Positions 41,377-54,306 are shown, numbered from the whole stretch's first letter. The stretch: DNA of 63,273 bases, filler included, from Reticulomyxa filosa (GCA_000512085.1; 19 parts of 19 records of this genome joined end to end with filler, not necessarily neighbours in it), one strand, 5' to 3'. Made by a program: numbers and translations. Notes: generated by a model not told the origin, from the sequence alone.

Positions 41377-43055
41377 TTTTAGCTATTTTTTTTCTCCAAA
41401 AAAAAAAGTGATACATCAATGAATGTTTTGACTCCAATTTTTTGATATTGTTTGTTTTGTTTCACTTTCATTTGACTTACTACATTGCACTAAATTGTTT
41501 AAGATTTGTCGTTGTGAGGTATTGTTTCTTTATTTTGTGTTTTTATTTTTTGACTTGCTTTTTTAGTGTTTATGAAAACATTAAATAAATTTTTCAAAAC
41601 CTGCAACATTCTTTTATTATCATGAAGAAATTAAATCTTTATGATATTATTTTTTAAGAAGAGATGCAGTTATCTTTTAAAACAGCTCTAAATTGGGCAA
41701 GGTCCCTTTTTTTTTGTTAATGAGTCTTATGTTATGTTGCTTTACGAAACTTCAACGTGTTGATTAAAATTATTTTAACATTTCTTTATCTATTGTCTTG
41801 CTCGTATATAGTCTGGCCAATATAATATGCCATATTTCAGGTTGTTTAGAGTGTAATCTAATTTTTTAAAATCTGAACAGATTCGGGTGATGAATGTCAA
41901 TAAATGTGAAATACACTTCGACTTTTTTCATTTTATATGAAGTTATACATTGCAAAGTGTCTACAGTTACATGTAGATCAAATAAATCACATTTATTTGT
42001 ACGACCTTATTCATACATACTTGCTATAAATTATCATTATGATATAACACATAACACTAACGACAACAATCTGATAGTAACAAAGCTACTTTTCTTTTTC
42101 TCAAAAATATTTCTATTTATTCTTCAACAGTAAATTGCAAAAAAAACTAAGTATATAGTGGCACTCTATGAAGAGAATCGATTTTCTTCATGAAAAAATA
42201 AACATTTAAACTAATTTTTTAAAAAAATATATACAAATATTGTAGTTTTTAAATATATTTTTGGTTTTTATTAAGTCTTTATAATTTTTTCAAAGATTTT
42301 AATCTTTCATTTACTTTAAAAAAATTTTTTGTGGTTGCATGAGTATGATAAGATTTGTTTTTTAAAATTTAATTTAAGTTTACCAACGTGTTAAATCTCC
42401 TTTGGCTATTTTAACTGCATGTATTCTATTTGGTATCGACTTTATTAAAGTTTTTATTTTTTCAAATTCTGTTTCAAATTAGTTCAAAAATTCTTACATA
42501 ATATTAAATGATCCTTTTTTGTGAATCCTTGTATTTACTATTCACCAAAGATTTTCAATTGGATTTATGGCATGTGAATTTTGATGAAAATTCATTATTT
42601 TCTTTTTTTTTTGTTTTAACTATTTCATAATTTTTTCAGATTTATATCATGTTGCATTATCTTGATGGAAAATCTAATCTTCTTTATTTTCTAAGCAGAA
42701 ATTGACTATCTTTAGTATTTCTTGATATGAAATTTTCATCTAATTGTTGTCAATCAATATTTCGGACAAAATANNNNNNNNNNNNNNNNNNNNNNNNNNN
42801 NNNNNNNNNNNNNNNNNTTAATTAATTAANNNNNNNNNNNNNNNNNNNNNNNNNNNNNNNNNNNNNNNNNNNNTTTTTTTTTTTTTTAAAAAAAAAAATC
42901 CCTATATTTTTGGTGGAGAGGATACATGTTTGTATCTATTTTTTTTTTTTTTTTTTTAATAATGTGAAAACAAAAAGAAAAAAAAAAAAAGAATACAAAA
43001 TCAAAAAACCATTGAGAATTTGCTTCTATGTTTTTTCTGGATTTGTCTTGTACAG

Positions 43056-43457
43056 AATTTGCTCTTTTTCCAGTGGGTAATACTGTTTCGTAAGTATGTT
43101 GTGGCCCATTTCGCTGTTAACAATCCTAGTGTAAGTGAATCATTAAAGGTCCTGTATGAAGTCGACCTAAGTTACGTAAGTGAAGTGCAAACTTTTATTG
43201 AGGAAACTATTGACAGAAAAGAGGCCAATGTTCGCAAAGTTGCTTTGCACATTTTCCAAACTTTTGTTGCGACTGGGTCGATGCACGAAATCAACATATC
43301 GTTTAACTCCAGAGAACATATCAGACATCATTTTGTCAAGTCACAGGAGGGTAATCCAGCTGATTCTCTGGTGGAGGATTGCAATTTGTTTGGAGACTCT
43401 CTGTATGAGTGTTACCAAATGATGCATTCCTTATACGTATCGAGTTTTTCCTCTTAA
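43056..43457 (+). CDS. RGS-domain protein, last exon
   Basis: NLLFFQWV..Y, ALHIFQTFVATGSMHEINIS..REHI, LF..CYQMM. Confidence 0.75.
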   Translation, partial: NLLFFQWVILFRKYVVAHFAVNNPSVSESLKVLYEVDLSYVSEVQTFIEETIDRKEANVRKVALHIFQTFVATGSMHEINISFNSREHIRHHFVKSQEGNPADSLVEDCNLFGDSLYECYQMMHSLYVSSFSS

Positions 43458-44070
43458 TTTTTAATTTTATGTATAAACAATGTGATTCCCAACCGCCAAT
43501 ACTTTCTTTTTTTTTTTTTTTCTGTGTGTTCTATTGGATCATTTTGGTTGTTTTTGCGTAAACTCGGAGTGTTTTATCTCCCACGTCTTTTGAATCGAAA
43601 AATAAATAATTCTATACCTGTAACCTTCAATCCAATCAGGCTAAGAGTTAGTAAGTTAGCTGGTTGAAAAACATATACATATCGAATTTATGAACTATCA
43701 AAAAGCTTGATTAAGTCTTTTTAAAGCGAGTTTTTTTTTTTGTGCTGAGACGTAGATAGCAACGTAAACATTTCGAGTTTTAAAAACCTGCACATGATGT
43801 TCCGAGTTTAAAGTCGAACTAGTTTTGTATGTGGACACTCTTGAATGTTTTCCAATCAGCTTTGCAATTTGTAATAATTTTTCAAGTTTAGTGTTCCTCT
43901 TCAAATGTCTACAATGAGTTATTCTTAAAAAATTTTTCATATCAAAAAAAAAAAAAAAAAAGAAATCAACAAGAGCTAAATGAAACCATCACACACATCA
44001 CAGTCAAAAATATTTTTGAATTAATTTCAAACAAAAAGAAAAGGAGCAAAAAAAGTTTGTAAGAAAAATA

Positions 44071-44978
44071 TTAAAGATCTTCAGTAGGTATATCTCTATC
44101 ATCATAATATCGGTTGCTGTTCGGCACAAACAAGTTTTCCAAAGGTTCTTTGTTTTGCTGTTGAATTTCTTGTGTGATGAACATATCATTGTAAGTGGAA
44201 TGCATATGGTTGTCATTTGCATTTGAATTTGAAGCGAGATCAGAATTTGCGTTTGCGGACGGGTTGGCCGCAGACTCTTGTAAATCACGAATGGCAATTA
44301 AGTGTAGGTCAAAGACTAAATCTGCATTTGGAGGGATTAAATCATTGGCTCCATAAAGGCCATATGCCAATCGACTGGGCACATACACCCTACATTTCTG
44401 TCCAACGGTCATGCGCATCACCGCATGTTCCAGACCAAGGATATTTTGTCCGACACCGAGAGGGGTCGCACTGGCCGTCAATGTCGTTGAAGGATCAGTA
44501 AAGCGAATCCAATTCGATGGTATTTTGTCTCTGTCTCAAATTATATATGTATATATGTATATATGTATATAAGTATATACATATATACATGGACTAGAAT
44601 AGTGTATAAAACATAAGATTTTTTTTTTTTTTTTTTTAAAAAAAACAAGTTACAAAACTCTCGGTCAGTGGCTGTGACCAGATCTTGATGGGAAGATTGA
44701 TAAATATATCCGGTATACATCAAATGGACAATAGAGTTGGGAACAGGGAAATGCTGCTGATCTCCAGGTTGTAATGTGATCAAATGAATGGCGCGGCTGT
44801 TTACAAAAGGGAAGGGCTGTTTGTCAATGTGTTTCAAGTTAAACAATTCATTCAATTGTGCAGGCTTTCCTTTCGCTTTGTCATTTGCCTTCTTACCGTT
44901 CTTATCGCCACTTGACATTGCTTCGTCAAATGCATCATCCAATAGCGCTTTTTCGTCATCCATTATGCTTAATAGCAA
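44071..44978 (-). CDS. FKBP-type peptidyl-prolyl isomerase domain protein (partial)
   Basis: ITLQPGD..FP..VHLMYTGY; LGVGQNILGLEHAVMRMTVGQK..VPSRLAYG..IPPNADLVFDLHLI. Confidence 0.88.
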
Positions 44979-45354
44979 TTCATTGTTCTTTCTATTCTTT
45001 TTTTTTTTTTTTTTTTTTAAGATATTTCATACACATTTGTACCACGTATTGTATACATATATACATATANNNNNNNNNNNNNNNNNNNNNNNNNNNNNNN
45101 NNNNNNNNNNNNNTTAATTAATTAANNNNNNNNNNNNNNNNNNNNNNNNNNNNNNNNNNNNNNNNNNNNAAAAAAAAAAAAAAATACGAGTAGAGAAAGA
45201 TAATTAAATTTGTGTCCTTCAAAATGAAACGTTTAAAGAAAAAAAAAATTCACCCGTTTTTGTTTTTTCTTCCTTAGTTTTTTTTTTTTTGTTGGTTATG
45301 TCATTGACTAAAAATTTGAAAAAAAAATAAAAAAAAATAAAAAATACAAACTCG

Positions 45355-46497
45355 CTAAGACTCTTTAACCCTTTCCTGTGTTGTCATTTGTAAACTATTA
45401 AATTTGAAAGCATGAAAAGCATCAACATCATTCTCTTTGAGTTTGACAGCAATACAGGCGATGGAAATATGCGGGGGTAGTTGAAAGCGGATGGGACACC
45501 CCAGCAGAGTGATGGCAGCAACAATCCATTGAGTCGGATAATAGCGAAATCCAAAAGTATCAGTCCTTTGTCCAGGAATATTCACTGGCAAGGGCCGGCC
45601 ACTTTCGAATGTTTTCAACCCGTTTATTTCAAAATTTATTCGCATTCCTTCTTTCAGCACACTTGGTTTTTCCGTTTCGGCGTCCGAATCGGGCCAAATT
45701 CCCAATGATATGTGTACTCCTGTGTCCCAACAACATTTCACTTTACTTATGCTATCACAAAAAAAAAAAAGACCAAAAAAAAAGGTTCAAATCGGGGAGG
45801 AAGGGGGCCAAATAAAAAAAGTGGTTCATTGTGATTTTTTTTTTTTTTTAACGAATTAAAAAAAAAAAAAAAAAACCCAATGTACACAATCGAAGAAAAA
45901 AGGTTATAAGGATCGAGAATAGTAATTCTTATCATTAGCATTAAAAAAAAAAAAAGTGTGGATATGACTATTACCTGCAGCTGCTGGAGGTGTGACCCAC
46001 TGAATTGTGGGTTTATTTTTGTAGTGCGAACAATGATCAAGTTCACGTATTCTGCTGTTTTGATTAATGTGACTTGAGATAATGTTATGCCATAAATATC
46101 CTTTCTCCTGTCCATTTTTTACCCATACATGACTCCAGTATTTTTCTTCACACAACCGAACCAACTTCGTCGACTCTTTTTGCCATTCTTCACTCAATAA
46201 AATATACCAAAAATTGGTATGTTTGTCATTATGGACAATTCCATATGTGGGAAGACTGTGCAATAGACGATGCAATTCATCATCACTGTGGACGTTGTTG
46301 GCTTTGCAACACATGTTCAAATTCTCCAATACTGTTTCTGGTTTTTGCTTGTTATTTGTTGTACTGTTTATGTTACTTGTTGTATTGTTTACGCTCTTTT
46401 GTCTATTCGAATCACATTCTTTGTATTTTTCATTACATTCTTTTGACAACGCTTCTTCTGTTGTTGTTGTTACGCTTTGTGGATGCAGCAAAGACAT
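45355..46497 (-). CDS. Candidate 2H phosphoesterase-fold protein, 2 exons
   Basis: Two H-x-S-hydrophobic motifs (GVHISLG, PPHISIA) about 80 aa apart. One GT-AG intron at roughly 45974-45741. Confidence 0.55.
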
Positions 46498-47040
46498 TTG
46501 TCTTGTTTTACTTTTTTTTTTTTTTTTTTGAAAAAGATAATCCTAAACACCTTTTTCTTTTTCAAAAAACCTTTCAACAACCGACAGTCGTGTTCGAAAA
46601 CGAAAACAATTGTTTGAAAAAAAGTGTGACAAAACCCCTCCTTTTTTTTTTTCCAAAGTCACTGCAAATAATTATAATTGATAAAAGTTGTCAAAAGGTA
46701 CCTTGATACGTTACAGTTAGAAAAAGTTGAACAAAGAGGATTTTTTTCAAAAATTTGCAACTCCACCTTGGGCGAACAATGTTTCCAGAGGCTGAAGTGG
46801 AGGGAGGAAAAAAAAAGACTCTAAACAACACAAAAACAGCCAAATAAGCGTCAACATAACAACATCAAAACAAAGCCAAAACAAAGAAAGAACAAAGTAC
46901 ATTGGCAAAACAAAAAAAAAAAAAAAGTATATTGTTCGCTTATTTTTTTTTTTTTTTTTTGTTTTGTTTTGGCAAATTGAATTTTTTTTTTTTTTTGGTA
47001 TTACTATCAACCGAAGTGGCGCCTTTAGGACGTAGGACAA

Positions 47041-47248
47041 TCATTGATCAACGACAAAAGTACGTGATGGAGATAAGAAATCATTTAAAATTTGTGAGTT
47101 CCTTGCTTGAGGATGGTCTTGAAGAAGACAGTTCAAATACTTGGTCAGTTTTCCTTGTCTCTCTGCAATGACTTTGCTATCTGTTGACGTTTTCAGAATG
47201 CCTTTTCCCGGAAATTTGGCTTTGGTGTGAATTCCTAATTTTCTCATC
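47041..47248 (-). CDS. PX-domain protein, last exon
   Basis: FPGKG..VIAERQGKLTKYLNCLL..SQILNDFL is the C-terminal half of a PX domain. Confidence 0.75.
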
Positions 47249-47378
47249 TATGTCAAACAAGAAGGGGGATAAAAAAAANNNNNNNNNNNNNNNNNNNNNN
47301 NNNNNNNNNNNNNNNNNNNNNNTTAATTAATTAANNNNNNNNNNNNNNNNNNNNNNNNNNNNNNNNNNNNNNNNNNNN

Positions 47379-49464
47379 GTCACGATGATCTGATATAGGT
47401 TTTTTTTTTTATCAAAGCATCTTGGTCATCACCAGAAATCAAGAAACAAAAAATAGGACTTGTATCGACAAATTCTTGGATTGAAATTGGATGAACGGAA
47501 AAAGAACTTGCAATTATGGAATCAAGATGATAAACAGTTATTGGATTGTACTGTTGATTCTTGGACCGATTGCGTGGTGGAATCAGCATTGGAACAAGGA
47601 TTATTGGAAAGGAAATAAGCTTTGGTGGAGTGATTCACTTCACAAAAAAAGAAAGCAAGTCCATCGATTGAAAAGGAAGTATAGAAAATACAGAACTAAA
47701 GCAAATTACAAGAAATACAAACGTGCAGCAATGCAACTAAAAAGGAAATTGAAACAGGAGAAACAAGAATATTCAACCCCACAACCACCAAGCTATTCTG
47801 AAGAAACGAAAGAGCATTATCAATTAGTGGAAGATGAATTAAATCGGTGATTGAAATGAACATAGATGAAAAAATGAGTTGTTATCCATTATGGGATGAA
47901 TATCACCAAATGGATATCACTGAAGAAGAAGTAATCGATGCATTAAGGTATATTTCATCACACAAGGCTCAAGGACCAGATAATATTCACAATCAAATGA
48001 TCAAAAATAGTGGACAAGCATTAATTCATTCTTTGGTAAGATCGGATATGTTCCAAGACTATGGAAAAGAGCAAATATTATTCCGATCCCAAAATCAGAT
48101 AGAGACCATAGCATTTGCAAGAATTACAGGCAATCTCATTATTATCTGGAGTTGGGAAATTATTGGAAGACTGATGTGGTGTTTAAATGAAAGCAAGCTA
48201 TTGCAGCAATGCTAAGCAGGATTCCACAATACATCGGAGTTATTGCTTAGATTAACAAAATCCATTTATTCATCATTTGATAATAATGGAGTTTCATATG
48301 CGGTGCTATTAGATATTTCGTCACCATATGACAGTGTATGGAGAGATGAGGCACAAGATGAGAAAAGAATTTGGATTGAAAGGAAGAATGTATTGGTGGT
48401 TGGATAGTTTCCTCAAAGATCGGATTAGACAAGTGGTATTGAATGGAATCAATTCCAGTGAAAGAAATTTTGAAGTTGGAGCACCTCAAGGATCAGCACT
48501 ATCTCCTATACTATTCCTATTATACATCAATGATTTGGCAAAAGCAGTTGAAGATCCAATTCAATGTGGAATGTTTGCAGATGATGTTGTGATGTGGACA
48601 TCCATTTACACCAGTGAAAAAGAAATGGTGGAATTACAAAAGAGTTTGAACAATGTGAGTCTGTGGACATTAAGATGGAAACTATTACTGGCACCAGACA
48701 AGATACAATCTATTACATCCAAGATAAATATGAAATTAAAATTAAATGAAAGCAATATTGAAGAAAAAAAAATCAAAGCATACTCTCCCATCATCAAAGA
48801 CCAAGTCAAATAAGTGGTCAAGGGAGATTTTGAGAAAAAGGGGGAGATAAAGCCACAAGCAACTTCCATGGAAATGCTGGCCATGTCGCTAATCTCGTAA
48901 GATTAGGGCCAAAGAAGCGCAGTCCAGTGAAATCGGACAAAAAGAAACCCTTAGGGTGGTCTCCGAACTTGAAGGGTTCGGCCGAGGGCGAGAAACACCT
49001 TCCAACTATTAGAGATAAAGGCTTTGCATACGATGTTGGTTAATCAACAATCACAACTTGCAGCTGACCTGACCAATATCTCTATTCAAATTTCAAAGTA
49101 AAAATACTTTCTTTTATTTTGTTTTACAATTTTACCAAAAATTGTAATGTTGAAAAGTTTTGTTTTGTTTTGTTTTTTTTACGAAGTACTGTTCAATTTT
49201 TTGACGAGGTGCTTCTTTTTTTAACTTGGAAAGTAATGTCTTGGCTTTCTAGCCATCATCTAAAAAAAAATATTGAAGAAGCAGATTATGTGAAATATTT
49301 GGGATTATTTGTCGATCAGCAAATGACATTCCAACAGCACATTAATTACGTTTATGGCAAAGCATCAAAGAAACTTGGATATTTGACATTTCTGTGTTCA
49401 TACAAAGGGATTCGTCCAGTTTATCAGTGTATAATTTATTGTATAAAGCAATTATTAGGCCATC
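47379..49464 (+). mobile_element. Degenerate non-LTR retrotransposon (LINE) reverse transcriptase
   Basis: KAQGPDNIHN, GAPQGSALSPILFLLYINDL, FADD, VKYLG, GIRP, with multiple stops and frameshifts. Confidence 0.92.
48766..49268 (+). mobile_element. 503-bp non-coding retroposed insert (5'-truncated LINE tail or SINE) with 12-bp target-site duplication
   Basis: AATATTGAAGAA flanks it at 48754-48765 and 49269-49280. Removal restores SNIEE-ADYVKYLG. It ends in CATCT+A-run. Confidence 0.8.
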
Positions 49465-49805
49465 TTTTTTTTTAGATGGGTTGCAGTGGGCGTGTCAGTG
49501 TTGGACTAACCAAAAAGGTCAATGCAAAAAATAATCAAAAGAAAAACAATAAAGTTATTCCAGTTAAATTGAATCCTTTGTATACGTTCCAATAGTCTTT
49601 TATGGGTATCCACTGCACCATTCCAAAATGCCGAAGCATCTCAAGACTTGGACGAATGATGGTCTTGTATAATAAATTATATGTGGATAAACTCGGTCTG
49701 ATACCTTTGTACGAGCATAAGTATGTCAAATAACTGCCTTGCCATAGACATAATTGACATACTTGGAATAAGTCATGTGAGAATCAAGGAACAATCCAAG
49801 ATACT
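49465..49805 (-). mobile_element. Second LINE fragment in opposite orientation, ending in CAACCCATCT-poly(A)
   Basis: YLGLFLDS, TYLCSYKGIRPS..YKTIIRPSLE on the minus strand, followed by a short tail and an A9 run abutting the plus-strand copy. Confidence 0.8.
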
Positions 49806-49905
49806 NNNNNNNNNNNNNNNNNNNNNNNNNNNNNNNNNNNNNNNNNNNNTTAATTAATTAANNNNNNNNNNNNNNNNNNNNNNNNNNNNNNNNNNNNNNN
49901 NNNNN

Positions 49906-50753
49906 GATGCGCGTGGCCCAGTCGACGAAGCGCGGATCGTCCAGCACCTCCTCGCGGCCCAGCACCTTCATCAGGCGCTTGAACTGCGGGTCGGTCATGA
50001 CGGCGAGTACGATCCAGCCGTCGCGGGTCTTGAAGAGATTGCCCGTGGGCTTGCGCGTCACCGACAGGTTGGCCGCCTGGCCATGCACGCGGCCGGTCAT
50101 CATGTGCTCGGTGAACTGCTGGGCGAGATAGCCCATCACCGCGTCGATCATGGCGACGTCGACGAGCTGGCCCTTGCCGGTATGGGTGCGCTGATACAAC
50201 GCCGAGGCGATACCCAGCGCCGCGGTCGCGCCCGACATCACGTCGGCGCCGGCAAAGCCCACGCGCGTGGGACCGTTGTTCTCGAAGCCGGTGATCGACA
50301 TCAGGCCCGACATCGCCTGGATCATGCCGTCGAAGGCCGCGGTCTTGGACTCAGGTCCCACCTGGCCGAAGCCCGATACCGCGCAGTAGATCAGCTTCGG
50401 ATTGATCGCCTTCAGCGTCTCGTAGCCGATGCCGAGCTTGTCCATCACGCCGGGCGGAAATTCTCGACGACGACATCGGCCGTTGCGACCAGGCGCTTCA
50501 CGACCTCGATCGCCTTGGGCTGCTTGAGGTCCAGCGTGATCGAGCGCTTGTTGCCATTCACGGCGACCCACGGCGCCGCGAGGCCGCGCTTCTCCCAGTC
50601 GTTCGCACGAGTGCCGAAGCGCATGTCGTCGCCTTCGCGCGACTCGATCTTGACCACGTCGGCGCCGAGCAGGGCGAGCTGGTAGGAGCTGTAGGGCCCC
50701 GCCAGCACGCGCGTGAAATCGACGACCTTTACGCCCGTAAACGGCTTACTCAT
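49906..50753 (-). CDS. Bacterial CaiB/BaiF family III CoA-transferase (frame break near 50453, 3' truncated)
   Basis: KVVDFTRVLAGP, LGADVVKIE, NKRSITLDLK, ADVVVENFRP/GVMDKLG, SGFGQ.GP, QAMSGLMSITG. Confidence 0.93.
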
Positions 50754-50762
50754 CGGAGAACC

Positions 50763-51002
50763 TCAGGCGACGCCGGCTTTTTGACGCTGGCCGAGAGCGA
50801 CCTGCTTGATCTTGTCGAATTCGGCCCGCCGCTTGGCGATCTCTTCGGCGCTCATACGCGAGATGTTGTTGTAGTCGTTCTTCCAGTCGCCATCCTCGGT
50901 CCAGCGCAGCGGCGACTGAACCGTGGTGCGCGGGCCGACGGCGCTTTCAAGCACGCGCAGCGCCAGGTCGAGCGTGAAGGCCTGGGTGTCGGGTTCGTGC
51001 GG
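50763..51002 (-). CDS. Bacterial glycine/sarcosine/betaine reductase selenoprotein B-like protein, C-terminus
   Basis: PHEPDTQAFTLDLALRVLESAVGPRTTVQSPLRW..WK.DY resembles, from memory, the C-terminus of alphaproteobacterial GrdB-like proteins. Confidence 0.55.
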   Translation of the reverse strand, partial: PHEPDTQAFTLDLALRVLESAVGPRTTVQSPLRWTEDGDWKNDYNNISRMSAEEIAKRRAEFDKIKQVALGQRQKAGVA

Positions 51003-51918
51003 NNNNNNNNNNNNNNNNNNNNNNNNNNNNNNNNNNNNNNNNNNNNTTAATTAATTAANNNNNNNNNNNNNNNNNNNNNNNNNNNNNNNNNNNNNNNNNN
51101 NNGTCAACGTTGACAACACATTGGACATTTGCGATAGTTCGGACTGAGAGGAATGCCACGACGAAGGTGACACCAACACAAAGATAAATTCATTGTCGAA
51201 CATAGCAACGTGAGTGCGAAATCGCCGTCGAATTTGTGGTCGCAAAGCGTGGTTCAAGTTGGCTTTGTCTGATGTCGAAAGAAGCTGGAGGGCCTCCGGG
51301 ATTTAAAACGAACTCGAATGTGTGGTGCAGATATTGTCGTAGTCGTATATCTGACGTTTGGTTCAACACTTCCACCTCAATGCTATACTCTTACCACCGA
51401 AAATAGGCCGATTTTGTATCCCCGACCCAGACACGTCCGATTGATTTTTCCAAAAATAGAAAACTGGACATTATGCAATTGAATTATTACCGATTGAAAG
51501 TTTTGAAGACTGCATTTGAGTGCGTTATATTGGAACAGTGAAGGAAGGGGGAGATAGGGACAAGCAACGGAAGTTACATTGTTGTTCTTGTATTGACCGT
51601 GACAAAAGAAACAAAAAGAAAACATTGCTGTGTGGCTTCGAATTTGCGAAACTTCGTCGTTATTTTACAAATGATTGAAACACCAGTGAACATGTTACTT
51701 CAAATCCAAATGAAAATCAAGATAAACATAACAATACAAAAAAAAGTAAAAAACAAAAAGAATAAAAATGCGGATAATTCAATTCCACATCAAACTCAAG
51801 ACCTCCCACTGATTGGCGTAAGCCTGATATAATTGTTCTTCCAAATGTTGGTGATGCCATTCAAAACAACGGTAATGTTGCTCGCAAAGTGTTGGCAAAT
51901 AATTGCCTGCAGTCAGCA

Positions 51919-52047
51919 GAGGAGAAATATGAAGTTAGTGATAGAGCTATATATCGACATGGAGTCATGGAAAGATAGTACCTAATTCACTAGGTTGGAT
52001 ATAATCCAATACACGATTCGTGGGAACCAGAATCGAATCTTCAGCGA
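51919..52047 (+). pseudogene. Chromodomain relic
   Basis: EEKYEV..*YLIH*VGYNPIHDSWEPESNLQ, with TAG in place of the conserved Trp. Confidence 0.65.
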
Positions 52048-52615
52048 ATTATTGTAACAGAAAAACATCAATGCATAATTCGATTCCATACTTGTAAAAA
52101 AAAAATATTAAAACGGCATCATACAATAAAATCGTATCTGGAATTCTCTTAAAGAACACATGAACTTACAAAAAAACGAATTCCTTGCATTATTAACTTT
52201 ATATTGATTTTCTAAACAGAATATTGTAAAAATTATTGATTAAAGGTCTTTCTTTTAATACTACAATATGTCTTTCATCCTATTTCGGACAAAGTCAAAA
52301 ATGTTAATGAATTTGCGTTCCTATTTCGCACAGCCGACGCTTACTTGTGCCCTTTTGAAGCACTTGATATGAGTTGAACTAATCGTTATTGTTTTTTTTT
52401 TTGCACCAGTGTACACAAATGAAACTAGATGAACAAAATTGATCTATTTACATATTTTCGACTTTCTTCAAATTTAAAATATTAAAATTCAGAAATTTTT
52501 TTACAAGAAATTTAANNNNNNNNNNNNNNNNNNNNNNNNNNNNNNNNNNNNNNNNNNNNTTAATTAATTAANNNNNNNNNNNNNNNNNNNNNNNNNNNNN
52601 NNNNNNNNNNNNNNN

Positions 52616-53723
52616 AAAATAAAACAAACAAAAATTTGTTGAAGTCTGAGCCTTTGGGGAGAACAAAAAGAAATACTCAAAGATGAATCTTCATTTAAGC
52701 AATAGTTCAATCTTAGAAGCAGATCATGTGAAATATTTGGGATTGATTGTGGATCAACAAATGATGTTTACGGCAAAGCAGCAAGGAAACTTTCCTATGT
52801 TCTTATAAAAGAATCCGACCAAGTTTATAATCTGTTATACAACAATTATCAGACCATCACTGGAATATGCCTGTGCATTCTGGAATGGAGCTGCAGAATC
52901 ACACAAGAAAAGATTGTAAAGGATTCAAAGAGTCGCAATGTGCAGAATCCTTGTATCACAAGTGTATTCGATGGAACAGTAAATTTCCAGCACGACATCG
53001 AAAGTTATGTAAAAATAAGTTGGAGCTGAAGTTGGTATTCAGATGTGCAGCCAGATCAATATCCTTACTCAAACATGCTGCCAATGCAAATTACGAAGCT
53101 TCCTCATTCCACCTTTCGAGAAATGGAAAGAAGAAATCTTAAATTCATTGGATGAAAGCACAATTGCAATATTTGCGGACGGAAGTTGCAGACCAGATCC
53201 AGGACTTGAAGGAGCAGGATTGGTCATCCAAGGAACAAAGATGAAAGAGTAGTAATTCCTTCTGATTGTAAATTTGCTGTGAATGCGATTCGCAACAAGG
53301 TACACGAACGCAGATATGTTTGCAGAGTGATTACAGGTAAAGTGGGATTAAATAGATTACTGTTCAAGATCAAAAGAGCTGATTCATCAGATTGCAAATG
53401 GTGTAAAAATGAAGGAACTGTGTACCATTTCCTGATGGAATGTCCATATTATCAAGGACTTAGAGAAACATGGCGAGCAGCAATTAAGAATTTGTTGCCG
53501 ATTTTCAATTCAATACATCGAACCTGAGAAGTTTGGACCCGAAACAAGAACAAAAATTGTCAAAGAACTTGTGAAGTTCATCGTGGCAACTAGAAGAATT
53601 ATTTAAGATATTTTTTTATGAAATTTTTTTTAAAGATTTTAGTACAAACGTTTCTTTTTAAATTATTGCAAAAAACGCCTAATTGGTTGTTTTATACTTG
53701 TATTTTTCTTTTGTTTTATTTAG
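52616..53723 (+). mobile_element. Degenerate LINE 3' half: RT thumb, RNase H, Cys/His motif, 3' UTR
   Basis: VKYLG, IRPSLEYACAFW, IFADGSC..GAG, TGKVGLN..L..CKWC..TVYHFLMECPYY. Confidence 0.88.
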
Positions 53724-53823
53724 NNNNNNNNNNNNNNNNNNNNNNNNNNNNNNNNNNNNNNNNNNNNTTAATTAATTAANNNNNNNNNNNNNNNNNNNNN
53801 NNNNNNNNNNNNNNNNNNNNNNN

Positions 53824-54306
53824 TAATGCACTGAAAATAGCTGGGGAAAAAAGCTGATGCTGCGATATCCTTGGTGGTTATCATTTGGCATGTTCAGCGA
53901 AAATGGACCAACTTCAGAACAAATTGATGCGTCTACATTTGTCAGTGAGTTTTTTGGTGAAGGATACTCGCACAATGTGCTGCGTCAATACAATAATGAT
54001 CCTTTACAAATTCCTAAACATACCAAATGTGACTTAACTGTTTATTGTAAAATTCATGGACCGGATAGTGGTTATCATGGTACTGCTTTGATTTGTATTG
54101 AAAGTGCTATATGTCTTTTAGAAGAAGAACATATGATTCGAGCAGGTAATATCAATCAACGACAACCACCTATTACTGGTGGAGTTTTTACTCCTTCTAC
54201 TGTTTTTTCTGCTACATCGTTGATTCAACGATTACATAAATCTGGGATATTCGTTGAATTAATGCCTTACAATAAAAAAGATAAACCTATTCGAAGTTTG
54301 TTGTAA
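53824..54306 (+). CDS. Saccharopine dehydrogenase-like oxidoreductase (SCCPDH-like), C-terminal part
   Basis: FSENGPTSEQI..F..EFFGEG, GPDSGYHGTA..ESAICL, GGVFTP, LIQRL. Confidence 0.8.

Noticed and set aside
48915-48950. Hammerhead ribozyme suggested by GTCC..GGAC..GAAAC
   Set aside because: No CUGAnGA core upstream, and GAAA does not directly follow the stem.
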